NCBI GenBank assembly: GCA_030704615.1
Contig: CM060731.1
Coordinates: forward strand, 41,540,001 to 41,604,000
Length of the DNA: 64,000 bases
DNA from: Takakia lepidozioides
Lineage: Eukaryota > Plantae > Bryophyta
Direction of reading: 5' to 3'
Shown here one piece after another: positions 27,216 through 40,098 of this stretch (the stretch's first letter is position 1; every line of letters starts with the position of its first letter). The position numbers and the translations under genes are program-made. The notes under the pieces were generated by a model that saw nothing but the letters and a program-made list of their open reading frames with translations, made no database searches and was not told the DNA's origin.

Positions 27216-27297
27216 AGGTCCTCTTCTGTAGTGAAAAGCGTCTTGTTTCATAGGAAGCTCGAGTACATGTAGACCTCGTTTCCGAATAGTCAGTAAC

Positions 27298-27352
27298 GAT
27301 CCGACTTAGCCCATACTTAGACTTCCCAAATATCCGTGGGTGATGCTGCACC
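27298..27352 (-). pseudogene. GT2 glycosyltransferase C-terminal motif fragment, in inverted orientation
   Basis: VQHHPRIFGKSKYGLSRI (V.H.PR..G.SKY motif), following a CAG acceptor-like site. Confidence 0.55.
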
Positions 27353-28264
27353 TGCGGCAGCAAGGAACACTTTATGGGAGAATTTACCTCTGTGAAAGTA
27401 GTGCCTTGCAAGACTGGGAAAACAACAGAACCGACAATAAATGGACCAGCTTGAAAAGGTCCAATATAGCTAAATGGAACTGAGCATGCACCACAGAACC
27501 AGAATGACCAGCACAGAACTGGTAATATTGACCAACTAGTGCTGGTAGAGGTTAAAGTCAACCCACCCTGGATCTCTGAAATGGCAGCCCCCTCCATGGC
27601 TGCAAGGGCAGGAATCAAGCGATGCTTTTCTCCATACCAGCGAGATTTGATACCAGTGATGCTCGGTAGGCTTTCAAGCTGCAGCCATAGTCATGTAGTT
27701 TAACCTCCATCCATCCCACTGCCAATATATTGGACTTGGTATCATATAACCATTGCTATGAACTACAAATCAAGACCGGGGTTGTGAAAGAAGTGGTTGG
27801 GATTACAAGCACTTCCCAAAATTCTAGGCTTTCCAGAAAGATCCTCTCTCTCTCTCTCGCTCATTCCTCGTCGAAGCTGGCACCTTCGCAAATTCGCAAA
27901 CCCCTACCTTCTGGCTTTTTGTGTCCTGCTCGGGCAGCCCCAGGCCCCACATGGCCACAGGAAGGCATGGCACCAGATATTGCCCACACCGATCTAACCG
28001 CATTGCTCGTAACCCAAAATATGCAGCAGGAGTGAGCGAGGGAAACTCAGGGGATGCGTTTCCAGCATCATCCAAGGCATGTTTGCCAGTTGCCCAGTTT
28101 GCAGTGACAGCCGGTGTGAGCCTTCTTTCATCTTATGATTGACTAATTGAGTTCTGCATATTCATATGTTTTTGTTGCTGAAAAGGTCTCTAGATAGTTA
28201 GTAGGGTGGCGGCTGCGTCACAGCCAGACATTGCATGCGCGGCACGTCTCCTCCTCGACTCGTC

Positions 28265-28300
28265 TTTCTCGATCCTTCTGGTCCCTCTCCCACTTATAAA
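28265..28300 (+). promoter_or_regulatory. Heat-shock element-like triad and TATA box of the sHSP gene
   Basis: tTTCtcGATccTTCt (28265-28279; nTTCnnGAAnnTTCn with one mismatch) lies ~15 bp upstream of TATAAA (28295-28300). Confidence 0.6.
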
Positions 28301-28455
28301 TTTGGTACCCAGATACACGCCGATGTAATGAGCAGGCCTCCATGCTCCATACGTCGGAACTTTTGAAATACTGCTAATTGAACGCTAGTAAGTTTCAGTG
28401 TCGTGGTCGATCTAGCTGCTTCGTGACAAGTTTTGTGTTGATCGATCGAGGAAGG

Positions 28456-29102
28456 ATGGCACTTAGTCCATTTCTCGGGCCTTCCGCAACCGGAAGCTTG
28501 TGGGACTTTGACCCACTGATTGATACTGCATTCTCTCTCTTGGATAACACTCCCCGCCGCTCGCATGCACGGGACGCTCTCTCCATAGTCAACACCAATG
28601 TCGATTGGCTCGAGACACCCGATGCACATATCATCAAGGCTGATCTTCCAGGTATGTCCATCGTACTACTCATCTATTTCCATTAACTGTGCATGACGTT
28701 TATGTATTCGATGCTCACCGGGTGGCCGGTACATGGCTTGCAGGCGTGGGTAGAACGGACATCACAGTTGAAATTGAGCCTCCCCGGACGCTTGTGATCA
28801 GTGGGGAGCGGGTGAAGGAGGAAGTACAGGAGGGTGAAACTTGGCACCGTGCGGAGCGCGTTCGTGGGCGCTTTATGCGAAGGTTTGTCCTACCAGAGGA
28901 TGCGAACTTGGATAAAATCACAGCTGAGGTCGATAATGGCACGCTGAAGATTACAATACCCAAGACTGCCGAGAAGAAGGCAGAGAGCCGCAACATCGAA
29001 ATCAAACAGAGAGAGAGAGGGGAAGCTATCACTGGAGGAGAAAGTGCCGGCGGGGGGAAAGCTGGTGGGGAAGCAAAAACTCCCACTCCACCCCAGAAGT
29101 AG
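28456..29102 (+). CDS. Small heat shock protein (HSP20/alpha-crystallin, cytosolic class I-like); exons 28456-28651 and 28744-29102, 184 aa
   Basis: SLWDFDP, VDWLETPDAHIIKADLPG|VGRTDITVEIE..LVISGER, WHRAERVRGRFMRRFVLPE..NLDKITAEVDNGTLKITIPK, IEI motif. A phase-1 GT..CAG intron of 92 bp restores the frame (196+359=555 nt). An AATAA-rich poly(A) signal lies near 29174. Confidence 0.95.
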
Positions 29103-30111
29103 CTCTGGAGTTTACAAGCTTGAGCTGATCAAAAAAGCTGACTTTGTACATAACACCGAACTTGTGCACTTTGAATAATAAAATACATGCTTTGAGGTTT
29201 CGTTGCAGCCTATGGTTCTCTAACTTTGGCTACAGGCCGACACTATTCCTGCTTCTGTCTTGCTCTTTTGGATCCTCTAGTCCTGTCACCAGGCTTGCTC
29301 CCTGCAGTAAATAGTGTTATAAGCTCCATCACTGTGCGCTGGTACATTCTCATTTTTTATTTTTATTTTTTTATGTTCTTCCAAGGAAACACCAGCCCCA
29401 GCAACTGGGCCATGAGGGGGCAAATAAACAAATAAACCCCCTTTCTGAGCCAAGGGGGCATTAACTTACAGGGGCAGAGCCCCAGCCAGAAAGGCAGATG
29501 GACAGACGACAGGGGTTTGAACCCCAGACCCACAGGCCAATACACACTTAGTGGGCTTACAACAGGGACACAGCCATGTTGTGTTCTATTTTATTTTTGT
29601 AAGAAGCTTGCATTATATTTTACTGGGAAAATAAATAAACCCCTTGGAGGCCATAAGGCTCAATATACAGACCCCTGAGCGTTTATTTTTTCACTTATCC
29701 AAAATCGTTGCACGGGCCAAATGTAGATTGTAGGGTTAGAAAAGTGGGCAAAATCAAGCTCATGATTTTTAATTTTTAATTTTTATATTTTTATCATATA
29801 TGTTATGATATTCAACTTGTAGCGCTGTGTGGCGAATTTTTTGGTTTTTACCCCCCATAATTCCTTTGTACAAGTAGCTGACCCATTTTCCAGGTTGAAA
29901 TCTAGCGATTTTTCGCCAGTAAAAAAAAATACTGATGCCCATTGCCTGAGGGAAGAGCCTATACAGACGAGAGAATAGGTGGAGCCCTACTTTTTTAGGG
30001 GAATAATGTAACAACTTAATGCACACCTGCAACCCCGACAGGATAGTACGCAGGTTTCTGGCATTTCAAATCCTCCCCACCCTCTCTTGAGAGTGACATG
30101 AAACTGAAGGA

Positions 30112-30340
30112 GTGTCAACTCCAGTCGGGGTTACACTGGGTTTCACGACGAGGTGTGTAACTCCACTCGGGGTTACACAGAATGGAATGTAACTCCACTC
30201 AGTGTAACTCACACTTGGTCTCGAATCTAACTGTCCAAATCTGGTTAAGTATAAAATGGACTGACCAGAGTTACATGAGAAACCGGGGTTACAGAGGGTT
30301 ACACCAATTGGAGGGTTACACCGACCGGGGTTACACTACA
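30112..30340. repeat. Cluster of direct and inverted GGGTTACAC / TGTAACTC motifs (transposon subterminal-like)
   Basis: gggttaca recurs at about 30128, 30170, 30286, 30296, 30313 and 30328; tgtaactc at about 30156, 30188 and 30203. Confidence 0.6.
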
Positions 30341-31872
30341 AGTGCATCCCACCACGTGTCGAACCCTGAACCTCGCCTTCACCGCCTGCAATGCTATCAA
30401 CTTCCCGGCACGCTACCCACCACAGCTTGCAAACCTCTTGGATTCTTAAGTATTCATAATAGGGACACCGAGGTAAGAGGGGTGGGGAGGATTTGACATG
30501 GCCCATGCCGGAGGAGCCCAAGGTGCCGGAATCCGGCGAAAGCACCGTCAGATCACAGGCGTGCATTAAGTTCTTACATTATTCCTATTGTCCATTAAGT
30601 TATTACATTATTTTTATTATTCCTATCATCTAGAAACAACAAAATTCGTAGATAGATCTTCTGACGTAGCGCACTGGTTCCGACTCTCACCTATGTGGCG
30701 CTTTGGCATTGATGCAAAGGTGAGCCGGCTACAGGCCGTAGTGAACGGCCTTGTGAGCCGCTTTGCAGCCTACTGAAGTTCTTTCTTGATTTCTTTTGCA
30801 TTCAAAGATTTCTTTCAATAGTTTGAATGCCAATTACACAAAATCTGCCTATATGGATTGTTGCCACATTTTAATTTCAGACTGGGACCTGCACTGGTTT
30901 AAGCGCGTCAGTTCAGCTTGCTTGAATCTTCTTTGGACGTAGAGACTTCTAACGCGACCCTGCCTAGGAGAGAGAAAGAAGATCAACATATTTTTCTTTT
31001 TCTTTTCTTTAGCTATAGACTGCATCATGAATTCATGACGTGTAGTGATTAGTTTTGGTTAGCCTTGACTAAAGGTGATCTTACATAATGGCAGGTTGGC
31101 CATTCCAACTCTCCACCCTTCAAATCTCTGGTCATATTCAGCCCAGGAGCATTTCAAGGTGGGTACTTTGATGTACAAGCCTAAGAGTTTTCAGTAACCA
31201 CAGTAATCACTGGTGTTCTAGTCCACAAGTAACAGTGATAAATTGACTGATGTGGTACAGATCCTATAAATGGACATTTCTTTATCTCTGACATTGAGTG
31301 CTAGTTTCAGGCTCTTGGGGAGGTAATGTATAGAGAACAAGTTGCAATAAAGAGCTTTTGAAATCAAATCAAGTGAACTAATAATGCAGTTCATCACTCG
31401 TTAAATCGGTCGTAATGCATGTCCAGGAGGACTCTGGAGAGAATGCCTCGAGATTGGCATGAGCCCGCATGTCCATTGTCATACAGACATGTATGGGATT
31501 GAGGAAGAAGTAGACGTAGAGGTGGTGGCTGCTGCAAGAATATGCGGATGGGGACTACCTACTTTGTGATTGTACTATCTAGGCTTTTTGCGTTGAAGAT
31601 GAGTTAAAATGATGAAGCTGGTGTTGGTGAAGAATTATACGGCTGCACATTGGGGGCCATTGATATTGTATAACTTTTGACGTTTTTGGGATCGTGGAAG
31701 GAGGACTCCGTGTCCAGGCGCAGGTGCAAATTCTCAACGTGACTGAAATTGTTTATTATGTTAGGACAAGGAACTAGGGATGTTCTGTGTAGTTAAAGGG
31801 CTCTTCTGCCCGAAATAATTTGATGGGCAATTGCTTGGCCACACCCCAACACAACTCACCTTGGTTCTTGAT

Positions 31873-32192
31873 ATTGGCCTCAAACAAGGTGCGAGCCTCA
31901 CCCTTGAGGCCAAATCAAAAGGAGTTGGTCACCATATTAGCATGTAGTTCATTAAACTTAACACTCATTTCAAAGAAATTGAGATTTTTTTTGAAATCCT
32001 GAACACCTCCATACTCTGGATACTTATCCACGAGACTGTATCCAGAAAATGAGGTGGGTCAGATTGCAAAAAAAATCTCAGCTTCACTTGAAATGAGTGT
32101 TAGTTACATGATACCTACATGCAATATGGTCACAAAACTACCTGATGATTTGAGCCTTTGCGATGAGTTCTAAGACCAATTAATGAGGCCAA
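31873..32192. repeat. Imperfect long foldback (MITE-like hairpin)
   Basis: Nested complementary pairs: ttggcctca/tgaggccaa, accatattagcatgtag/ctacatgcaatatggt, taacactcatttcaa/ttgaaatgagtgtta, gagattttttttg/caaaaaaaatctc, tctggatac/gtatccaga. Confidence 0.75.
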
Positions 32193-33141
32193 TCCTACTA
32201 ACCCTCACTATACTACATTAACACATAGACTAGTATGAGAGTATCTCATGTTAGTTCTAGAATGTTATGGGGCTGTCGCTCGCAAGTTTTCATTAAAAAA
32301 AGTAAAAACATAATTTACGTTCCCGCCTATTTTCGATGCGTTCATGTGGCAGCAGTTAAACCTATTATTTTTTTCCTTCGCGGATAATCGTACATAATAG
32401 CATCAATTTTTATATTTTTGCCGATCCTAAGGTCATTTTAGGTTTCCGCGTTGTGTTATGTGAAACGGTATTATTTAAAGTTCTTTCTTAAAAACTCTTT
32501 TATGTGGTGGTGATTTTCTCCCACCAAAATCATGTATATATATTTATATATTTATATTTATCTGTCAATTCCAACTATTGATAAATCATATGGATTTGAT
32601 AGACATTTTATTTATTGCCTTAAAATATGATATTATTACTATAAATACTATAAAATACACAAACTATAAAGTTATTTTCATAATTTGCTCATAACATGTC
32701 TGTCTTATTGCAACAGACAGTTTTAATTATATATTTTTTGTTTGATCTTTTGGAATTGTAAAATATGACTTATATGTAGAATTGGTTAGATTAATGTTAC
32801 AAATCATATTTATTAAGATTAAATTGTATAAAATGAATTATGTTTTAAATTCAATCATATATAAAATAAGATATACTAATAAATAAGTCAATGTTTGTAG
32901 AGATCGCGGAATCAAGCTTGTTGAATTGATAAGTATCGTTATCGTTGCAAAAGGATTATTGGTTTGTTTTGAGCCAAATCATGTGTTACATACAATTCCT
33001 ATTAAAAATTCGGAAGTTGCGGTTCATATCAAATAAGTTTTGGTGCCAAAGACTAAAGTTCACAAAGGGTTTTTTGGATACAATGGAAGAGTGCATCAAG
33101 AAAAGATGTTTGTGGATCGTTTAGAGAATACCTTGGCATAG

Positions 33142-34176
33142 AAAGAGTTTATTACTCCTCATTTACCAACTGGGCGGGATGCGTTTGTCGACATTAGCCA
33201 ACCACATCATTTCAGGTTCTTCATGAAAGATAAAACTCCTCAAATCCAGTACAAAAATCATGCACGAGATTCGCAGTGGAAACCCGATGGATGCCACCCA
33301 TTATTGAAATCTATCCCACATGCACGGTCGAAACCAGGTTTTGCGGAAGTCCATTTGGCAGATCCTTAAGAGATTGCTACTTTTGCACGAGTTCATCTCA
33401 TGGAAATAACGTTAAGTAGCAAGACTCAAACACGTTACATCAAACTTGGATGTCATTGAAGAAACAATGAAATTTATCAAAAATTTATAGGATTTTCCAA
33501 AACAAGATCGTTCGAATATGGTGTCTTCAAAGATGTTTTGACCAAACAATGATCATATATTGATCAACCCTCAGTGGAGATGAATACGGACAATGTTGAA
33601 GAATCATCATGGACTGGACTTATTTCATTAATGCCTGAGGTGAAAACTCGCAAATACTTCAGACCTAAGAGAGGACAGCCCAAAAAAACCAATCGAAAGA
33701 CACATACATCCACATTGCAACAACCATTTGCAAATGATGTCAATTTGGCTACTAATTTTGAAATATCCGAAGAATTTGATCAACGGAAAGACATCGAAGC
33801 AGGACATTTTATGGGTGTGCATGTTGAAGACGAACAAGTACAAAATGGTGTTCCATTTTGGGTGGGTAAAGTGTTGAACATAATGCGACAAACGCATGAT
33901 GATGACGAAATCCGTATTATGTGATACTGGCCAAAAACACCCAAAAACATTCCGAAAAATGTAAATGTATTGTTACTACAGTACAACAACTGTTTGTATA
34001 GAACTTGGGTACCAAGTGATGATGGTGAAAACGACATTCCAGTGGACTTTGTATTTATTTCGTGGAAAAATACAGAGGCAGAAATTGTTATTCCCAAAAA
34101 CTTGTATGAACATTTCAAAAATCATATGTTGCTTACAGATAATGATGTTGCCGACGAACATCAAGTTACAATTTAG
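33142..34176 (+). pseudogene. Second Sola1/DUF7869-like C-terminal remnant, homologous to 516-1557
   Basis: KEFITPHLPTGRDAFVDISQPHHFRFFMKD...QYK....SQW aligns with KEALVGISEMHVFRFFKD...KYK....SDW. DIEAGHFMGV...PFWVGKV aligns with DIEKGFFVLV...PVWMGVA. Confidence 0.55.
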
Positions 34177-34330
34177 GATCAAAATTCATAGTTTCAAACA
34201 GAAACTATGAAAACATTCTACATGTTCATAATGTTTTTAATAAAACCATTATGTTTTAAATAATATCAAATTTTCTCTCCCAATTGTTTGTATTTTTGTA
34301 TTTTTGGTTTGACAAAACATGAATTAATGA

Positions 34331-34366
<36 letters not shown>

Positions 34367-34439
34367 TTAAGTATTTACGTGTATGTGAGTATGTATATAT
34401 ATATATATATGATATCATTACAATGATAAAATTTTATGA

Positions 34440-36970
34440 CACTATCATCTATATATTGCACCGTATATATTGCTTTGATTAAATCTACTACCCACCAATA
34501 TAGCATCATGTTGGTGTGCTGTATTAGGCACTGCATTATAAAGTCTAGACTAACAGACTCCCATGTGCCTGATGGAATGGGCAACGGCTGTAGAAGTCCC
34601 GTAGGTTTTTTTTTGTTCTACTTTAGTCTGCCGACACCGAATATAGGCTCTATTGAATATCTTTACATCCTTGACCATAAATGGTAAGTTCGTTTAAGAA
34701 CTCGTAGCATTTAGCCACCCCAAAATGACCAACTACAGTAGACGAATGATGGTCACGCAATAATTGCATACGCCATTCTCCTACCTCCTATCGAAGTACT
34801 CCGTCGTCCAACGTATAAGCGTATAAGCTCGTACATCATTCAAGGTTTGGGAAACCCTCTCCCCCTGATGTACTAGTTGGGTATAAATTTCACCAAAGTA
34901 TGGGTCGTGTTCATATAGCCATTTTAGTGTTTCAACAATGAATTGTGGACAACACTCAAGGCTTGCAAAAACACTCGACGACTTAATGCATCGGCCGCAA
35001 CATTTTTTTTGCCGGGACGATATTGCAAACCGTAATCAAATAATGCAAGGAAGTCTTGCCACCACGCTTGTCTCGTTGACAAGTTGGCTGAGTTTCAAAA
35101 AAAACTTCAAACTAGCATTATCGGTGATAACGGTGAACTTTTTCTCCATTAGATAATATCGTCATGTACGTAGAGCATGAACAGTGGCATATAGCTCTAA
35201 TTCATGAACATGATAGTTACATTTAGCATTACTGAGCTTCTTAGACTCACAGGCAACTGGGTGCCCATCTTGATATAATACTGCACCAAGCGCAGTTTGA
35301 GACGCATCAGTATGCACCTCAAATGGCCTATCAGGTTGTGCAATTTTTAATACAGGAGCGGTGACTAATTTTTCCTTTAACTTTTCAAAGGTCTCTTGAC
35401 ACCGAGAAGTCCACACATAGCTAACATCTTTCTTTAATAAATCCGTTAGTGTTGCATACATTCGTGAAAATGCATATACATATTTTCTATAAAAATTTAC
35501 AAGTCCTAAAAAAAGTTGGAGTTCGTGTACATTTCTTGGTACTACCCAATCCATAATAGCTTGGATTTGGGGTCCATAGCAATACCTTGATCCCTGGCAA
35601 TGTGACCAAGAAATTCAATGGATTTCACAAAAGACTCACATTTGGAGAGTTTTGCATAGAGTTTATTCTTGGACAAAACCATAAAGACTTGTCTTAGATG
35701 TTTTTTGTGCTCTTCAACTGACTTACTATAGATGATTATATCATCTAAATATACCACTACAAACTTATCCAAGAATTGACGAAGCACTTTATTCATGAGT
35801 CATAAAGGTTGCTGGTGCATTAGTAAGCCCAAATGACATTACTAAATATTCATAACTCCCATATCTAGTGCGACATGCACTTTTCTCTATGTCACTTGTC
35901 TTTATCCAGATTTGATGATAGCCTGATCGTAGGTCTATCTGACTAAATACAGTTGATCCATGCAACTGATCTAATACATCGTCAATCCTCGGTAGTGGAT
36001 ACTTATTCTTTATTGTGGCTTTAATCAAAGCACGGTAATCCACACACATCCGCTTTGTTTTATCTTTCTTACTTACAAAGAGGATGGGAAAACCATATGG
36101 GGACCTAGAGGGTCTTATAAAGCCTTTCTTCAATAGGTCTTCTAATTGCGTCTTAAGTTCTTTCAACTCTGCAAAACTTAACCTATATGGAGCTTTAGCC
36201 ATGGGACTTGTCCCAAGTAACAATTCAATGGGATATTATATACTCCTTGACGGAGGCAATTCGTTTGGTAGATCTTTAGGAAAGACATGATGAAACTCTT
36301 TCAACAAGGCCTCTGCTTCTAGAGGGATTTGTTGCTTAGGTTTATCTTCTTTCTTATCTACCAAATACAAAAACCCTCATGATAAGCCTTTTCTTACCTG
36401 CTTCTTGAATTGCATTGCAGACAAAATTGTCTCTTGACCCTTCCTTAGGGGGCTTGAAATTTTAAGACAATGTTTTTTATTAAATAACTTAATAATATTT
36501 TTTTAACAATTAATTAGTGCCTTATGAGCTCTTAGCCATTCCATTCCTAGGACAATGTCATGTTCACCTAATGGCACTAGTGAGAAAGAAACATTCTCTA
36601 TTAATTCCCCTAGTTTAATGGATAACTGGTTCACTACCAAAGAATATTTCTCAATTCTTCTCGTAGCTAATTTAACACTTACTCCTTCAGGAGTTGTCTC
36701 AGTCCGAACCACTAACTTCTTGACTATCCTTTTAGACAAAAAATTATGGGTGGCCCCAGTATCAATTATGAATGATACTATTTTACCCAACATATATCCT
36801 CGCAAATGAAGTAAGGAGGAATTACCAATATGGCAGGTGTTATTGTTTCCTCAACAACTTTGTTGCCAATTCCACTAGTACTCTCGGCAACTTCTTCTTC
36901 CAAATTTCTTTGCCGCTTGACTAACATCCTTGGTTCATGATAAGCTAGTATGGTGTCTGGCTTCTGCACC
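34440..36970 (-). mobile_element. Decayed Ty3/gypsy (chromovirus-type) pol: PR-RT-RH-partial IN
   Basis: IIDTGATHNF; PYR...ELKELK.QL..LL.KGFIRPS.SPYG; MCVDYRAL; [10 protein letters not shown]; VYLDDIIIYS; VHTDAS; WESVSLDFI. Frameshifted; no LTRs found. Confidence 0.9.
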
Positions 36971-37135
36971 AATATTTGTCATGATTGTGTCATTTTACAT
37001 GAAAGACAACTCTTCGTTAAAATGTTTTATTATCTATGTCATTGGAAACAAAGCCTTGCTGTAAACTCATGGTGTTGTCATTGTGCATGACTGTAGGTGG
37101 ATTTCTTCACGCGCTTTAAGATGTGCTTTCCTTAG

Positions 37136-37920
37136 GTGACGGTGGGATTGCGAGCCTTCGAGGGGCTGAAGCCTTTTTTTGTGAAGAAATTAAGGGACAG
37201 AAATACTTGCTGCTGCAAATACCACACAGAGCTTAATGTTTTGAGGGAAGGGTGGAACAATATGAGAGGGGGCGTTGAGATGAGCCTGCATGGGTCTCAA
37301 TGCTCTTGCACATGTACAACAGTCTGCAGCCATAATGGTGATCACAGTTCTGGAACTGGTAAGTGTATGGCTTCCCTCACAAAATGTAATTGAATCACGA
37401 CATTTTGGGAGCTCATACTTTGTCCAAAAGATGATCTTGCCGAGTGGCACAACCGCAAGTGTCTTTATGGTGAGTGTTCAAATTGTGGCATTGAAACCCT
37501 TCCTCTTTGCCCCAGTGAAACATCAAGAGGCTCTGATGACAAACTTGTCCAATGGAGATGCTATGGAAAAGTTCTTGCAGGGCGGACTAAGAAAGGTGAG
37601 CCTAAACTGTGACGTGACTTCAGTATAAGGAAACACCAACTGCTGAATTCATCAAGTACCTGAAACCAAAATTGGTGACGTTTGTGCTTCACAACTTTAC
37701 CGCAAGATGGCAGGACAAACAATTCAAAACCCCATCGGCAGAGCTACAGGAAGATACCATCTTTTCGGTCATAGACTTTGCTGAGAACTACTCATTCCAA
37801 GAGCAGAATGAGATACAAGAAATGCATTGGTACTCATGCCAATGCACAATTCTTGTCCATATTACGTATAGATTGAATCCAGATTTCAAAGGAGAGCCTG
37901 AACAAACTCGGATTTTTAAG
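37136..37920 (+). pseudogene. Sola2-like DDD transposase fragment
   Basis: RNTCCCKYH, C..GECSNCG, FVLHNFTARWQ, VIDFAENYSF..QNEIQ.MHW...Q.TILV (DFxENY-type motif). Truncated after about 37920. Confidence 0.55.
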
Positions 37921-38121
37921 GTGAGAAAACTGCCTGAGTCAACCCAATCAGCAATGTCTTTATATTTGAGCAGTCTCCATTAGAAGTTGGGGGAATTTAG
38001 GCTACAATGTAACCAAGGCCTAGTTCAACCAATACCCACATAGCATAATCTCCAACATAGAACACCATGCATCTAAGCAAAAAGACCACCTAGAGTCATA
38101 CAATGTAGGTAACTTCTACCT

Positions 38122-38901
38122 TCAATCCTTTGCCCCCTTTGCAGTTGCCTTGCATCGAGACTCGCAGGCTAGTTTCAATGGTGTACGAACTGCACCCAAA
38201 CTCTTCATTGCTTTTGGAGGGTTGTCCTCTGTCGCGGCGACCTCCACTACTTTCTTCTTGCGACCACGTTTCTTCTGAGGCGGCTCATCCTGATCTGATT
38301 GAACATCCCCACGACTGTTTCTACCACCCTTTCCAGATGTGGTAGTCACAGTTGCCTTCTTCTGACGGCCCCTCTTGCGAGGCGTCTCCCCAAACCTCAC
38401 TCCCTTGGGCTTGTTTATTTTCTTCTCCATTTTTCCCCGCCCAAGAAGATGATTTGATAAAGACGGATCAGCTTCAAGTGATGCACGGCTGTCCACCTTG
38501 GCACCCCCAATTGGCTTCTGTTCTGATTCACCTTCACTGTCCGATAAATCTGTCTTTTTTCCAGACATTTTTTCACTTTCAGAGCTTAGGGTTGTGACAC
38601 TGGAGCTTGAATCATCACTCTTGGGCAACTGTTTAATAATAGCTTCATCAGATGTTCCACTTCTCTCAGTACTAGAGTCTTCACTGTAGTTATAGTCTGG
38701 TTCCTCACACTGCACACCCCGCTTACTCCTCTTCTTTACATCCTTAACCTTGAGGCGTGAAAGATGCTTCTCGTGTTTTCGACTTTTACAAGATGGCTCA
38801 AAAGAGCCCCACCCAAGGGAGGCCTGGTTGGAGATGAAGAAAGACATGGCACGCAAGTTGACAAGTAAGATACTATGGCCACAACACCTTCCCTCCTCCA
38901 T
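38122..38901 (-). other. Lys/Ser/Glu-rich low-complexity ORF with AT-hook-like RKRGRQKK/KKRGRKKK motifs, probably a transposon accessory exon
   Basis: 259-aa open frame; the call rests only on composition and basic motifs. Confidence 0.35.
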
Positions 38902-40098
38902 GGGTCTCTGATCTATTTGTCAGTTTACCAATATGTTTTGTACACTGATGAGTGAGGGCCGTGAATGCCATATGAACATGATATGAGCGAGCTATGAATG
39001 TGCATTGTCTATCTCCTGTCATGAGTTATAAACCAAACTCATAGAAACTAACCGAAGTCATGATGAGCAAGTTGTGAATGTCATGTGAATGTGAATTAAC
39101 TATCTCCTGTCATGAGTTCTAAACCAAACTCATTGAAACTGACCCAAGTCAACTTTCATAATGGAAAATACTGACATGATCTTTCCAAGCTAGCTCATGA
39201 CAATGTGTCAGAAAGCATGACAGATCCAGTCATTATTCCTACAAATGGGTCATTAATTTTGGCCATTAGTCTTCCATCATAGTAGTGTGCCATGATTCAT
39301 GACCTAACAACTTGACAAATCATGTACTGCCAGTTCATCCATATCTGGAACATTGTACATGACTAGTCAGGTATGATGTCGTGAATAACTTAAACATTGG
39401 TCAGTTGTTTTCATGCAGCAACAACCACCAGCATGGATGTCATGAATATCTTACATCTATCAGTTGTTTTCATGCAACAACGACCACTAGCATGGAGCAA
39501 GAGGTATTGGCCTCTTGTTCCCTTTTGGACCCCAATTCCACGAGCACACTATCGGGCTCCAAACATGCAGGAATTTCATATATATTCAAGGGGGAGCATA
39601 TTCAAGTGTAGCAGGTGGGTTTCAGGCCCCAAGTAGTGCTCTCCATTCGCCCTTTGTTGTGTCATTATCTCCATCCAATTCTCCTGCCGGATCTCCTATA
39701 CAAGTCCTAAGTGGTCTATCAACTCCTATGTCACATACTGGTAGTGCCACATGAGTGAAATTTACGTTACAAGACTCCAAAGTGGGTGAGGATGACCATC
39801 AGCCATCCTTAACACAAATCATTGAAATCCCTGAGTGAGTTTCAAAGGTCCAGCCTGTGCCAGTCGATGTCAAGGTCCAAGCAATACCTGATGTACAAGT
39901 ACCTTCAGAGGTCAAACAGTTGGAGAAGTTAGCGTGTTCTGCACTTATTCACAAGAACAATGCTAAAGAGATACTCAGCCCATATGATCTTGATATACCC
40001 CGAGGTGTTATCCCAAGACGTCCACCCACTCTGAACTTGGCACGGGCTTGGAGCAAACCAAATGTTGCAGCCGACAATGGTTGCAAAGTGGCAATGCC

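Noticed and set aside
39270-39287. Possible CACTA terminus (…catagtagtg), plus CACTAC hits near 44642-44680
   Set aside because: I could not identify a matching partner TIR or a 3-bp TSD.
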